NCBI GenBank assembly: GCA_002633005.1
Contig: NMRA01000524.1
Span: 239,815-303,814, forward strand
DNA length: 64,000 nt
DNA from: Phoronis australis
Taxonomy: Eukaryota > Animalia > Phoronida
Direction of reading: 5' to 3'
Part shown: positions 52,601-61,564 of the stretch, piece by piece
How positions within the stretch are numbered: the stretch's first letter is position 1
How the letters are laid out: every line of letters starts with the position of its first letter
Made by a program: the position numbers and the translations under genes
The notes under the pieces: model-generated
Seen by the model: the letters and a program-made list of their open reading frames with translations, nothing else
Databases searched by the model: none
Told to the model about the DNA's origin: nothing

Positions 52601-55600
52601 GCGCGCACCCAGCCTTCAATATGGGGGGTTCCCTCTAGGTGCGCGCATAGAGTAGGAGGTCATCCAACTTTGTCATGAAAAATAACATTTTTAAACCGAA
52701 AGTCAGCCCCGTTACTCAGTGTAGTGTTGTTTATGAGTTTGTATGACGAATGTCTTCGTTCAAATGTCAAGCAATGTTATAATGGTGAAACGGTTTGCTG
52801 TCTTCAAAATGCCGCCATTTTGTGCAATGTCAAGAACGTAAAACCACCCGTCAAGAAATTGTTGAAAACACGTCAGTACGGTACGTAAAGCACGTGCTGC
52901 GATTTTAAGTATTGAGTATTCGAGAAGCCTGTTTTGAATGAGCAGCAAACAGGGTGGCGCCGCACGCTATGTCTTCTTTGCGTGACTTTTCCTGTTACCC
53001 CCATGTCATTGTTTGCAGTATTTCACACCTGCCGTTTCACTGTGTTTGTCTCCAGCTTTTGCTCTGTGGTGGTATAACTGCGTCATTTTATTTCCACTTG
53101 ATAATCAGTGGCGGATCTAGGATATCACAAGGGGGGGGCCCAACATTTTGTCCGGCTGTAAGAATTTGCGTAAACTGAACCACGATTGTAGACGCGCATA
53201 GCACCGAATGGGGGGAGGTCGGGAGGGNNNNNNNNNNNNNNNNNNNNNNNNNNNNNNNNNNNNNNNNNNNNNNNNNNNNNNNNNNNNNNNNNNNNNNNNN
53301 NNNNNNNNNNNNNNNNNNNNNNNNNNNNNNNNNNNNNNNNNNNNNNNNNNNNNNNNNNNNNNNNNNNNNNNNNNNNNNNNNNNNNNNNNNNNNNNNNNNN
53401 NNNNNNNNNNNNNNNNNNNNNNNNNNNNNNNNNNNNNNNNNNNNNNNNNNNNNNNNNNNNNNNNNNNNNNNNNNNNNNNNNNNNNNNNNNCCCCCTGGGC
53501 CCCCCCTTAATCCGCCTATGATAATGAAACAAGTATGTTTCGAAATATCTTGTGGCTTTTAATCATGTCTCTTGGTCAGTTGCTTTACCAATGTTCTTTT
53601 GAGTGTAGGACTTTGTTAGGAGGATACGAGCCTAACGAAATGAAGATTGTTAATAACGATAAGTGTCGTGTATTTTACCAATTTTGCATAAAAGTAGACT
53701 CTAAACTTATTGATTGCCCAACAGATCGCCATGCACTCACGTTCCATAACTGAATATCTATGTTCGCCCTAAGCATTTGCTACTGGAAAGAATGCCCCTT
53801 GGTGCACCTGCATGAGTCAAACACCCAAACCAACGCCAGAAGCGTCTGTTTGCAACCAAAAAGTTTCGTCCGTCTTAGAAAGTTTCAAAACTGGCCCCTT
53901 GCACAGCTCGTATTTGATTACCTCAAATGCTTAGTTTGTTCTTAACCCCATTTAAGATTTAGACTCTTCTTGGTAACTCCGTTAAAGCAAGAACCTTGTC
54001 TGAGAAATCCCTAATGAACTTCCGATAATAGGCTAGTCAGTCTCAAAAGTAACCGGAGTTGACGATTGGTTTTCAATTGCAGTGGCTTTCATTTTTTCAG
54101 TTTGTCAGCGTGCGTCATGAGGAACCCGTCTTCAAGACGAAGTCTGTGATTCATTATCAGAATACCCAGGGAAACACTTTGCGGTTTGACAGTCGGGTTG
54201 GCGTTACGATCCTTGCTAAACAAAACTTCCACTTAATTCACGTGAGGGTCTCAATTTGACGTGTGAATCAACACTACAGTACATCAACGAAACTGTCGAC
54301 ATTTGACGTGTCTCCCAACATTTTCCCCATCGTTTTGTTGTAGATTACCCCACTGTTCACTAGCCCAAATGGCATCTTGATATACTGATAATGACCAAAA
54401 GGTGTCGTGAATGCCATGATTTCTTTGGAAGTGTCTTCCATAGGAATCTGCCATTAACCTTTGCAACAATCAGTTTTGCTGGAAAACCAGTCAATTGCGC
54501 ATTCTGTAATGATAACCTCGGGGTCAAGCATTTCTTCACAATCAAATTTAGTGACTTTGTTACCCTTTCGCATGTCTTGACAACATCGGATACCCCTGTC
54601 TTTCTTCTTGACAATGACTAGCGGTGAACAGTGTGGAGATTCAGAGGGCTCATTGATCCCCATTTCAACATGTCGTCAATTTCTCGTTGCACATCACGAT
54701 ATGATTCAAGTTTTCCGACGCACCGGGAGGTATCGATTGACGCGGTGCCATCGCACTCGTCATCAATATCCTCAAATGTGATTGCAGCTACTGTGGGCCG
54801 TTTGGCTCTTCCCTACGGAAGTACTGCTTCAACATATTGACATGGAAAACCTTCGTTTCCCCATTAATCTTCAAGGCAGAATTGGAAAAACCCAATCATG
54901 CTTTGATTGGAAATGGTCCTTTCCATCTCATTTGCAATTTGTTGTGCTCAGTCGGCGGTAGAATTAGAGCTTCGTCACCTAGTTTCAGTTGTTGCAATTT
55001 TGTTGACTTCTAGTAGTAGGCCTTTTGCGTTTGTTGCCCTTTAACAATGCGTCAGAGGTGATCTTGCAGGTTTCCTGCAATCTCTTCTGAAGGTGAAGGA
55101 CACGCATTCGTAAGTATAGAGCACCTTGCCTGCCCATAATTCGCGCAAAATTGTCACGGGACCTCTGACAGCCCTCCCATAAAGCAATTCAAATGGAGAA
55201 AATCCTCCTAAGCCATCTACGGGAGGTTCCCTATAAGCAAATAACATTGGCTCAATGAACCTATCCTACTGGCGGGGTTGTTCACCTACCATGCGTTTTT
55301 AGCATGCAATGTAAAGTCCAGTTGTATTTTTCACACAATCTGTTGGTTTGTTCGTGATTAGGAGAGGTTGTCACACTTCCTATTGAGAGAAGTCAATGAA
55401 CTTCTTTCATAATATCCAAATAGTGCCTGTGTCTCAGAATTTGACCGGGAATTTCCACATTACTTGTGTCAATGTTTGAGAGGGCAACCGCCTTTGGATA
55501 TCTGCTTGCTAAGTTAACCATAGTCAATATGCATGAGGGTATTAATGGATCAACCAAATGCACAACAAACCTGTAGAACATGGGCGGCGCACCATAGGGG

Positions 55601-58600
55601 TTGCGGGGGGTGGGCTATACCCCACATACAGTGCTGCGCCGCCCATGCTCACATAGGCGGCGCACCATAGGTTACTGGGGGNNNNNNNNNNNNNNNNNNN
55701 NNNNNNNNNNNNNNNNNNNNNNNNNNNNNNNNNNNNNNNNNNNNNNNNNNNNNNNNNNNNNNNNNNNNNNNNNNNNNNNNNNNNNNNNNNNNNNNNNNNN
55801 NNNNNNNGGGGGGGGGGGCTATAGCGCCCACGTATTTCGGTGCTGCGTTGCCCATCATGGTTCGTGCATAATAGGCATTTTGCCTATAAGGGTGCCTTAG
55901 GAACCCTACTCTTTGAAATCGTTCTCTGGAGCACATCAAATGACTAAAAATCTATACCTGACCAATAAAAATTACCTTGAATGCAATCACTTGTTTTGCA
56001 AATTCCCATGTGTCAAGCCAAAATAGACTAATGACATGTTCATCCTAATATCTCCCTGTAACAATCGTAAATCTGTAGTACGACGTGTGTGACATGGGGG
56101 CTTAAACGGAGTAGGTCGACATATGTTCAGTTACGGATTTTCAATATCAGTCGTATACGATAAGACAATTGCAATAGAGCTATGACACTTTCGTTCTACA
56201 ATGAGATACATGTATGTGGAGTGTGCAGACAGAGGTCCGATTGTCGCATACGACTTCACACATGGAGTCGTATGTGACAATCGGATCAGAGTGCCACAAG
56301 GGTAAGGACGCCTTGGACACTTAGTTTTATCAAATAACGCATTTGTGTTGACTCATTGAATTTAATATTAGGCCTACATGCCTGGCAACGTGAGCGCGTG
56401 AGTGAGGAGTACTTTAAGGTCATTCTGCTTTGGAGCTGGGGAAGCTGAGGATACCTGGCCTCGCAGATATTTGTGAAAATAAAGGCAAAAGAAAAAGATA
56501 TTCGCGTAAAAATTCGAAGAGTTTCGCTCGTAACCTCTATGGAGGTGTTGTCTACACTGACATTCTTGTAATTATGTTCAACGCTCCACATTTTATTCAT
56601 ACTTCATTGTCGGCAATTGCGTATCTTAAAGATATTGAGAAAGGCAATGAGAGTTCACCTGCGTTAACTGTACACCACTCCAGACATCCAAAATGCAAAA
56701 GTGGATACACGGAGAGACAAAGAAGTAAATATTTTCTGGTATACCGCAATTTTACAGATCCCAACAGCATCTTTGACAAAGTAGACTCAAGTAGGTCAAG
56801 TCAGCAAGACCACGAAACAAAGACTCAGAAGTACTGGCGGTGCTTCAAGATGGTGTTCTGGTTATCCATCAACGTAAGTACGTCTTCAAGAAGTTGTAAG
56901 AAACGAAAAACGATTCCGTACTTTGAAATACTGTAGTCCGAACACTGAACTTGAAGAGTACCTTCAGTTTTCCGGTCCCTCGAGGGTCTTGCAATGCTCG
57001 CTTCCGATTGTTTGCGCGCTCTAGTGTGGACCGTCCCGTAAACGCAAGACACTTATGAGGCACTTGCGAAGAGAAATTACACTTTTGGGACAAAGAGTGT
57101 GAAATCTATTTCAGAATTCAATATTCCAGCCTCGCCTCCCAGTTACTTCATGCAGTGGCCGCCATTTTGTTGCGCCCCGAGCCTATTGGCGAAGCACTTC
57201 GTTACGGCTATCAAAGCGTAGTTGGCTTCGTATAAACTGAAAATACAGTCGAGTTCCTGATTGTTTCGACTCCCTTATTTTGGAAAAATTATGCGTGACT
57301 TGGCGGGGCTGGTAGGTGTTGTTACTTCACAAATAAAAAGTGTAGTTAATACATGTATGTTATTGGCCGGTGATTTTCCTCATACATAAAGAATTATTCT
57401 AAGGTTTCCTCATTCATCAAGAATTATCCTGAGTATCCAGTAAGCAGTGTAATACGAACGCAAATTTAAGGGTTTCCATCAGTGCTACGTATTTACTACG
57501 AGCTAACTACCAGCGCACTGTACTCGGAGGGTGAGTTGACAAACATGCTGCCGTTGCCAAGAGAACATCATCGTAAAAGTCAAGACAACCATTGTGTTGA
57601 AGGGATTAATCTGTGTGTTGCTGGGAGGGCCAACCTACGATGCTAAGTTGCTCTACGTCAAGCCAGAATAGTTTGGAGCCGTTTAGTATCTGCCTGTTTG
57701 CGAGCGCCTTGCGCCTACGGAACACACCCCTGGTAACACGTCTTCCGGCATGATGAGGAAGTCGATCACTGGTTGCAAATAATGGTGACGTCACCATACA
57801 CAACTGTAATTTGTATATAGGAACGAGTGCAAAGGACGAAAACAGCTCTATAAGCTGTCGATCAGTCTGCATAAGATGTCTGATCTGCAGTGAAATTTGG
57901 AGACTCACTCGAACGGCATCTATTGTAAACTGCGTTAGAGGTTTTGGCATAGGGTTAATAAACCACACCGTCTCAGTTCTACCACAACAAACTATGGTTT
58001 CTAGTTTCCAAAACTGGACTCATTTATATCGACCGCACGTGATCTCCCAATCCCTTTGATAGAAATTTCGAGATCACTTTGTCACAGTTAACAAACCTAC
58101 TTTTTTCTTACTTTGGAGGAGTAAACCCGCGCTCAGTCCAAGAAAAGAGCTGTTGATTCAGACCTCTTCCGGAAATACAATTGATCACATCTTGTTTCTT
58201 ACTCAGGTGAGAAATGATATTTGCAAAGAACTGACAGTTTTTTTTCTTATGACCATGTTCTGTGCATAAAACGACTCGCCGTGGCAAACAATAACAAACT
58301 GACATTTCTTTCGAAGCTACAATGCATGAAATCACACCCAAGGAAAATTTGAGATCAATTTCATAACGGTAAGCGACCTAAATCAAAAATCTTTCGTTAC
58401 GCGGGAATCCAGGTTTGTAACCGTTTTAAGCAGGATCGAATTTTCCCTTTAAAAATTCTTTCCAGTCGTTTCATTTTGAAATTAAAATGTTTTAGTTACA
58501 AGCAGTTGATCTTCAAGAAAATCTATTTCTGTTTTAGCTGTCGGCAGTCTACATGTTCGAGTACGTGGCTCGTGCCTGCGCCGCAAAAGTGAGGCCCACC

Positions 58601-61564
58601 TCCGAGTACAATATAGGTTGCCCCGAACTATACGCAGCTTTGCAGTTTTGTTATCAGGTAATAGAATAAAATCCAATTCATTGAAAGTGCTTTGTATTTG
58701 GCAAAATTTCGTCAAGCATATGTTACTCTATCCTGCATGTGCGTGCATCAGCGCTTTTTTTTGCAATGTTGGACGTATTTAATTTTTTATCATAAATTTC
58801 CACAGAATACGCACCTCGTCAGTAGCTGAGATGGATATGAGGCATGTTTGAAACCAAGAATCGTTTTCCGATAATAAGAGAAATCGAGTGTTCCATACTG
58901 TGCCCGTGTTCATTTGGAAGTCTTGACTGTCGGTATCGAGAATTGTATTTCCATAACTTTAAAACTTGAGCGAGTACCTCAGGATTACCGTGTTTTACGG
59001 TATCAAAGACTTCACTCTGAATACTTTCTGTCTGTTTTATATGTTCTGTTTCGTTTTACTTGTCAAGGTACATAATTCTATAGGTTCAAATATCAAAACG
59101 CAAAATATTAAGTTTCACTACTTGCACGAATTCGCCATTATGCTTGAAAAAGAGGTGTTGTGTCCAAACTACGGTTCCGCACGTTTGGAACACGCGCACT
59201 TTCGCGTTTGCGTTGTTAAAACTGATGTTAAAACGAGGCATTGTGTCTTAAGCAACGATGCACAACAATCATTTTTGCAGCGCCCCCAATGTATGCAAGT
59301 GAACAATCCAGTTTTGATGGCACATCACGTCATCTAGCAACACACCCGGCTTTGAATCATCGGACATGTTGTGTTTTGCCGGCACGAACATCAACAGTGA
59401 CCTCTAAATTTCTTTTGCTGTTCGCAGGCTGTTTCTTGGCAGATTTGCAAATTTTTGTTTAGGTCTTAAGTGAGACAACCCTGGGATTCAGTGACGTAAC
59501 GGGGGGGGGGGGGGNTGTTACAGGCAGGTGTATTTGCGTCTCGCTCGTCAGTCCAGCTCATCCAAATCAAAAGAGTAGAGATCTTATCAATTCTACAGCT
59601 CGTTAACATGGTGGTGTGGTTATTCGATGTACAGGTAAGTTCAGGGAAAGATAATGGCCGAGAGTTGGTGAAGTCAATTTCATAATAGGCCTATACCGAC
59701 GAAGTTAACGTAGTACATATTTTATAAGGTTGCACTTTGCTGGTGAATACAGAACCGCCAGCAACATAACGTCTTTAATTGCATGAGTTCCACCCTACTA
59801 AAGGCTGACTTCGCTGACTTTTTATAACATAAAGACATTCGTTCGTTAGCAAATGGAATTGATTTTCGAAATTTCCTTTTCACCTCTAATTCCCAGACCA
59901 CGAAACAGTACATTTTTAAGTGCTTGTATGATAACAGAAACATACTCCACGCGCTAGAATAAGTTCGTCCAAACATAGGAGCCGCGTGATCCCTTGATTA
60001 AGCATCGTGATTTTTCGAATGGAAGCCGAGTCGGACGTGATTTTCATAGAGGCATAACATATTTTGTAAAAGACTTACAAAAACGATTATTTTGGATTCA
60101 GTTGCCTTTGAAAGAAAATCATGTTGTTTGGTTTAGTTTTAAGCAAGGTCACAAAATTGAGTGTTATGGACTGATATATGGGCATCCAGGATACAGGGCT
60201 CTCATTCTCACAACAGGAATTAGGCAGATGCGTGATGATTTCAGCCTCCTTTGGAATTTAAAATTATTTCATTCAAATTCTTAAAGGATTTCCTTTATGT
60301 ATACATCACCTAAAACGTGTACTAAAATACATAAATACGGTTACCGCCCCACATTGCTCACAAAATATGTATCAAATCTTTCCAATCATAACTGAAATTT
60401 GAAACCTATCCCCCAACAGCACTAGCAAGTAAAGCAGTCTCCAAATAACCTGCCCCGAGTCAGCCAACCTCTCCAATAAGATTGGAATTGTTTAACAACA
60501 ATTTTATTGACATTTTCTAGTACAAGTTCGCACCGGTCTACATTCTTCCGGCATACATGGTATTCGTCGGCCTCCTGGGCGGTGCTAGCTACGTCAATAT
60601 TTTTTACATAATACTCAACGACAACAGGTTTCCTGCTGAAGATCGTGAAATCTGCGTCAACATAGCAGGATTGTTCATCACGATAGGTAAGTAGGAAAAA
60701 CTGTAATCAACTCACATTGTCTCCAAGGAAAGAGCGTCATACTAGTTATCGCTAATTGGTGACTTCTTCCTACTGGTACTCAGAGGTAAAATGGTTTTCA
60801 GTCTTGGCTTGAAAAGAACCGACAATTCGTTATTGCCCGAGACTACGGAGCATCAAATGACACGTTACTAGCAACTCTGCCAAGCTTGGCTCCGGCGTCT
60901 TACCTTTGAACTGGAAATTATTTTGATATTCTCCATCCACGTTTACGCGAACTCAACGTAAGTGTCTAGTATTCTGTGCCCGAGTACATTACGGTTTATG
61001 TGGGTAAATGTGTAGCGGCACTTGGATTCCAGCACTTAAGTTTTAAGTTCGAGTCTGAATTCGAAATCTCGAGTATTTACTCGAAATCTAAGTTTTTACA
61101 GTCAAGTTTAAGTAACTTGCACTAGAAACACACTCGCGTAAATTATGGTGAACTCGACATTTGCACACAAAAATAGACCCTCGTTTCATAAGCAAGAGCA
61201 AATGAACTACAGCCTAATTTATGATCCTCGTTAGTGAATTGAGTGCAAATTAAAGTCTAAACATTCTTAGCAAAAGACCGTACGAATAATAAAGACCCTT
61301 GTTTCCTATACGCAGAAAGTTCTAAATTATCTACTGTCCAATTTATGAGCTTGGTCAGTGAACTGAGTGCAAATTAAAGTTACGACAGTCTTAGCCAAGA
61401 TCGTACAAAAACAAAATCAGGGCAGGAATGAACATATTTTAGATGTGATGATTGTTTTCGTTTTTGGATCAGATGTGTTGACAATCACGTTTTGCATTTC
61501 AGGTATATCCTTAGGCTCAGCTTTTGAGACAATAATTTTCAACACTGCATTGAAGGGTGATTAA
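34580..61564 (+). CDS. CLN3: Battenin/CLN3-family (BTN1-like) lysosomal MFS-fold transporter gene, at least 14 coding exons
   Basis: Exons 34580-34603, 35758-35837, 39009-39076, 39727-39801, 42200-42252, 42946-42980, (<45675)-45725, 47087-47144, 49617-49834, 56758-56873, 58538-58657, 59524-59634, 60521-60686, 61503-61564. All GT-AG; phases match except at the gap-broken 6-7 junction. Family motifs: GFFVLGAINNLPYV, FGE, SGTGMAGLLG, VYMFEYV, YQAGVFASRSS, GLLGGASYVN. The symbol marks family membership; this may be a paralogue. Confidence 0.92.
35179..35365. repeat. Minisatellite, ~47-bp unit x4 (intron 1)
   Basis: aaacgctgtatggcgcccttgactactctcacaccagccgcaacccct repeated. Confidence 0.9.
35758..35837 (+). 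CDS. Battenin-like exon 2 (VGFFVLGAINNLPYVIVNSAASTLAD)
   Basis: tttacag acceptor, gtgag donor; CLN3 TM1 motif. Confidence 0.9.
36718..37168. repeat. ~230-bp diverged tandem duplication
   Basis: ggatgataaaaa...gctgaagtgtttagatgaaac at 36718-36946 and 36951-37166. Confidence 0.8.
37260..37665 (+). mobile_element. Degraded Academ-like transposase C-terminus (LPP...H..R.NYQ plus Cys-rich finger)
   Basis: QFVCKL, VNKARY, LPPNHVCLLLHAKRVNYQCAIYKRAL...APSP, then CKCKKSGCSTN...CSKSCDCRDC with stops and frameshifts. Confidence 0.6.
39009..39076 (+). CDS. Battenin-like exon 3 (SFQEPNDVGLIFGANVALSVVVK)
   Basis: tttattag acceptor gives the required phase; gtaag donor. Confidence 0.85.
39727..39801 (+). 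CDS. Battenin-like exon 4 (LLNTFVLLKTPFGVRYAVNGSLMLM)
   Basis: ttgcag acceptor, gtaaaa donor; phase 1 to 1. Confidence 0.85.
39821..39972. mobile_element. ~150-bp palindromic MITE 20 bp downstream of the exon 4 donor
   Basis: Nested inverted arms: tggttgcacgtggttg/caatcacgtgcagcca, ccgggtc/gacccgg, catctgat/atcagatg. Confidence 0.7.
42200..42252 (+). CDS. Battenin-like exon 5 (GLFGVAYANSFGFALACI); truncated duplicate at 43732-43773
   Basis: ttttgtag acceptor, gtaagt donor. Confidence 0.88.
42946..42980 (+). CDS. Battenin-like exon 6 (VISGSSAAFGE); duplicate at 44561-44595
   Basis: ttcag acceptor, gtgag donor; the copies differ by synonymous GCC/GCT. Confidence 0.88.
43985..44064 (-). mobile_element. 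5'-truncated LINE/SINE 3' tail with (TAAA)n and CCTAAT TSD
   Basis: Absent from the paralogous empty site at 42456-42461; cctaat at 43979-43984 and 44065-44070. Confidence 0.8.
45383..45673. repeat. Degenerate (GAT/GGT)n trinucleotide repeat
   Basis: Seen directly; ends at N 45674. Confidence 0.9.
45675..45725 (+). CDS. Battenin-like exon 7, 5' part lost at N (GTGMAGLLGSGIYIIF)
   Basis: Matches the CLN3 WSSGTGxAGLLG hallmark; gtgag donor. Confidence 0.88.
46469..48333. repeat. ~860-bp tandem duplication around N 47328 (probable uncollapsed haplotypes)
   Basis: 46469-47327 vs 47462-48333. Confidence 0.9.
47087..47144 (+). CDS. Battenin-like exon 8 (GCTIADSGTNKTTTLHHLT); duplicate at 48093-48150
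   Basis: ttttacag acceptor, gtagat donor; phase 1 to 2 bridges exons 7 and 9; the copies differ by synonymous GGC/GGA. Confidence 0.8.
48355..49272. mobile_element. ~0.9-kb element with ~100-bp degenerate terminal inverted repeats
   Basis: gaagatgatatcgcgcgtttc at 48364 vs gaaacgcgcgatgtcatcttc at 49242, with similarity extending inward. Confidence 0.55.
49617..49834 (+). CDS. Battenin-like exon 9 (YAFLLTTPAVLLYWIAYFCLIKRP... plus large loop)
   Basis: ttcttaaag acceptor, gtgag donor; TM helix followed by a hydrophilic loop. Confidence 0.85.
51860..52945 (+). mobile_element. Degraded Penelope-like element (RT plus GIY-YIG) in intron 9
   Basis: LGPTF..LYMSEVEK, YVRCVDDIF, KIPFLDLLV...SVYHKPTDKG, EVDRIRQTLVNNGF, SVVYEFV. 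Confidence 0.85.
52598..52649. mobile_element. 52-bp mini-MITE nested in the Penelope element
   Basis: TIR catgcgcgcacc / ggtgcgcgcata, flanks gaata/gagta; absent from the 28 kb Penelope copy (cggaataggaag). Confidence 0.75.
53106..53520 (+). mobile_element. G-tract MITE with 5-bp TSD, spanning a gap
   Basis: cagtggcggat ... atccgcctatg; ATAAT at 53101-53105 and 53521-53525. Confidence 0.75.
54284..55575 (-). mobile_element. Degraded Ty3/Gypsy pol with integrase upstream of RT (Gmr1-like)
   Basis: Minus-strand order: INT (ILTMVNLASRYPKAVAL; LFAYRE...GFSPFELLYGRAVRGP; NKLQMRWKGPF), then RT (MGINEPSESPHCSPLVIVKKKDRGIRCCQDMRKGNKVT). Confidence 0.85.
56758..56873 (+). CDS. Battenin-like exon 10 (DPNSIFDK...KYWRCFKMVFWLSIN)
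   Basis: ttttacag acceptor, gtaagt donor; phase 1 to 0. Confidence 0.85.
58538..58657 (+). CDS. Battenin-like exon 11 (LSAVYMFEYV...LQFCYQ)
   Basis: gttttag acceptor, gtaata donor; VYxxEY motif. Confidence 0.92.
59524..59634 (+). CDS. Battenin-like exon 12 (AGVFASRSS...WLFDVQ)
   Basis: ttacag acceptor, gtaagt donor; completes the YQAGVFASRSS hallmark. Confidence 0.94.
60521..60686 (+). CDS. Battenin-like exon 13 (YKFAPV...GLLGGASYVNIFY...DREICVN)
   Basis: ttttctag acceptor, gtaagt donor; GLLGG.xYVN motif. Confidence 0.94.
61205..61412. repeat. ~125-bp-period direct repeat in the last intron
   Basis: aatttatga...agtgaa.tgagtgcaaattaaagt...tcttagc...cgtac.aa occurs twice. Confidence 0.7.
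61503..61564 (+). CDS. Battenin-like terminal exon 14 (GISLGSAFETIIFNTALKGD*)
   Basis: tttcag acceptor, phase 1; G.SL motif and TAA stop; an AATAAA lies near 62006. Confidence 0.88.

Noticed and set aside
56430-56936. 168-aa ORF as a standalone gene
   Set aside because: Only 56758-56873 is splice-bounded and fits as battenin exon 10; the rest is intron.
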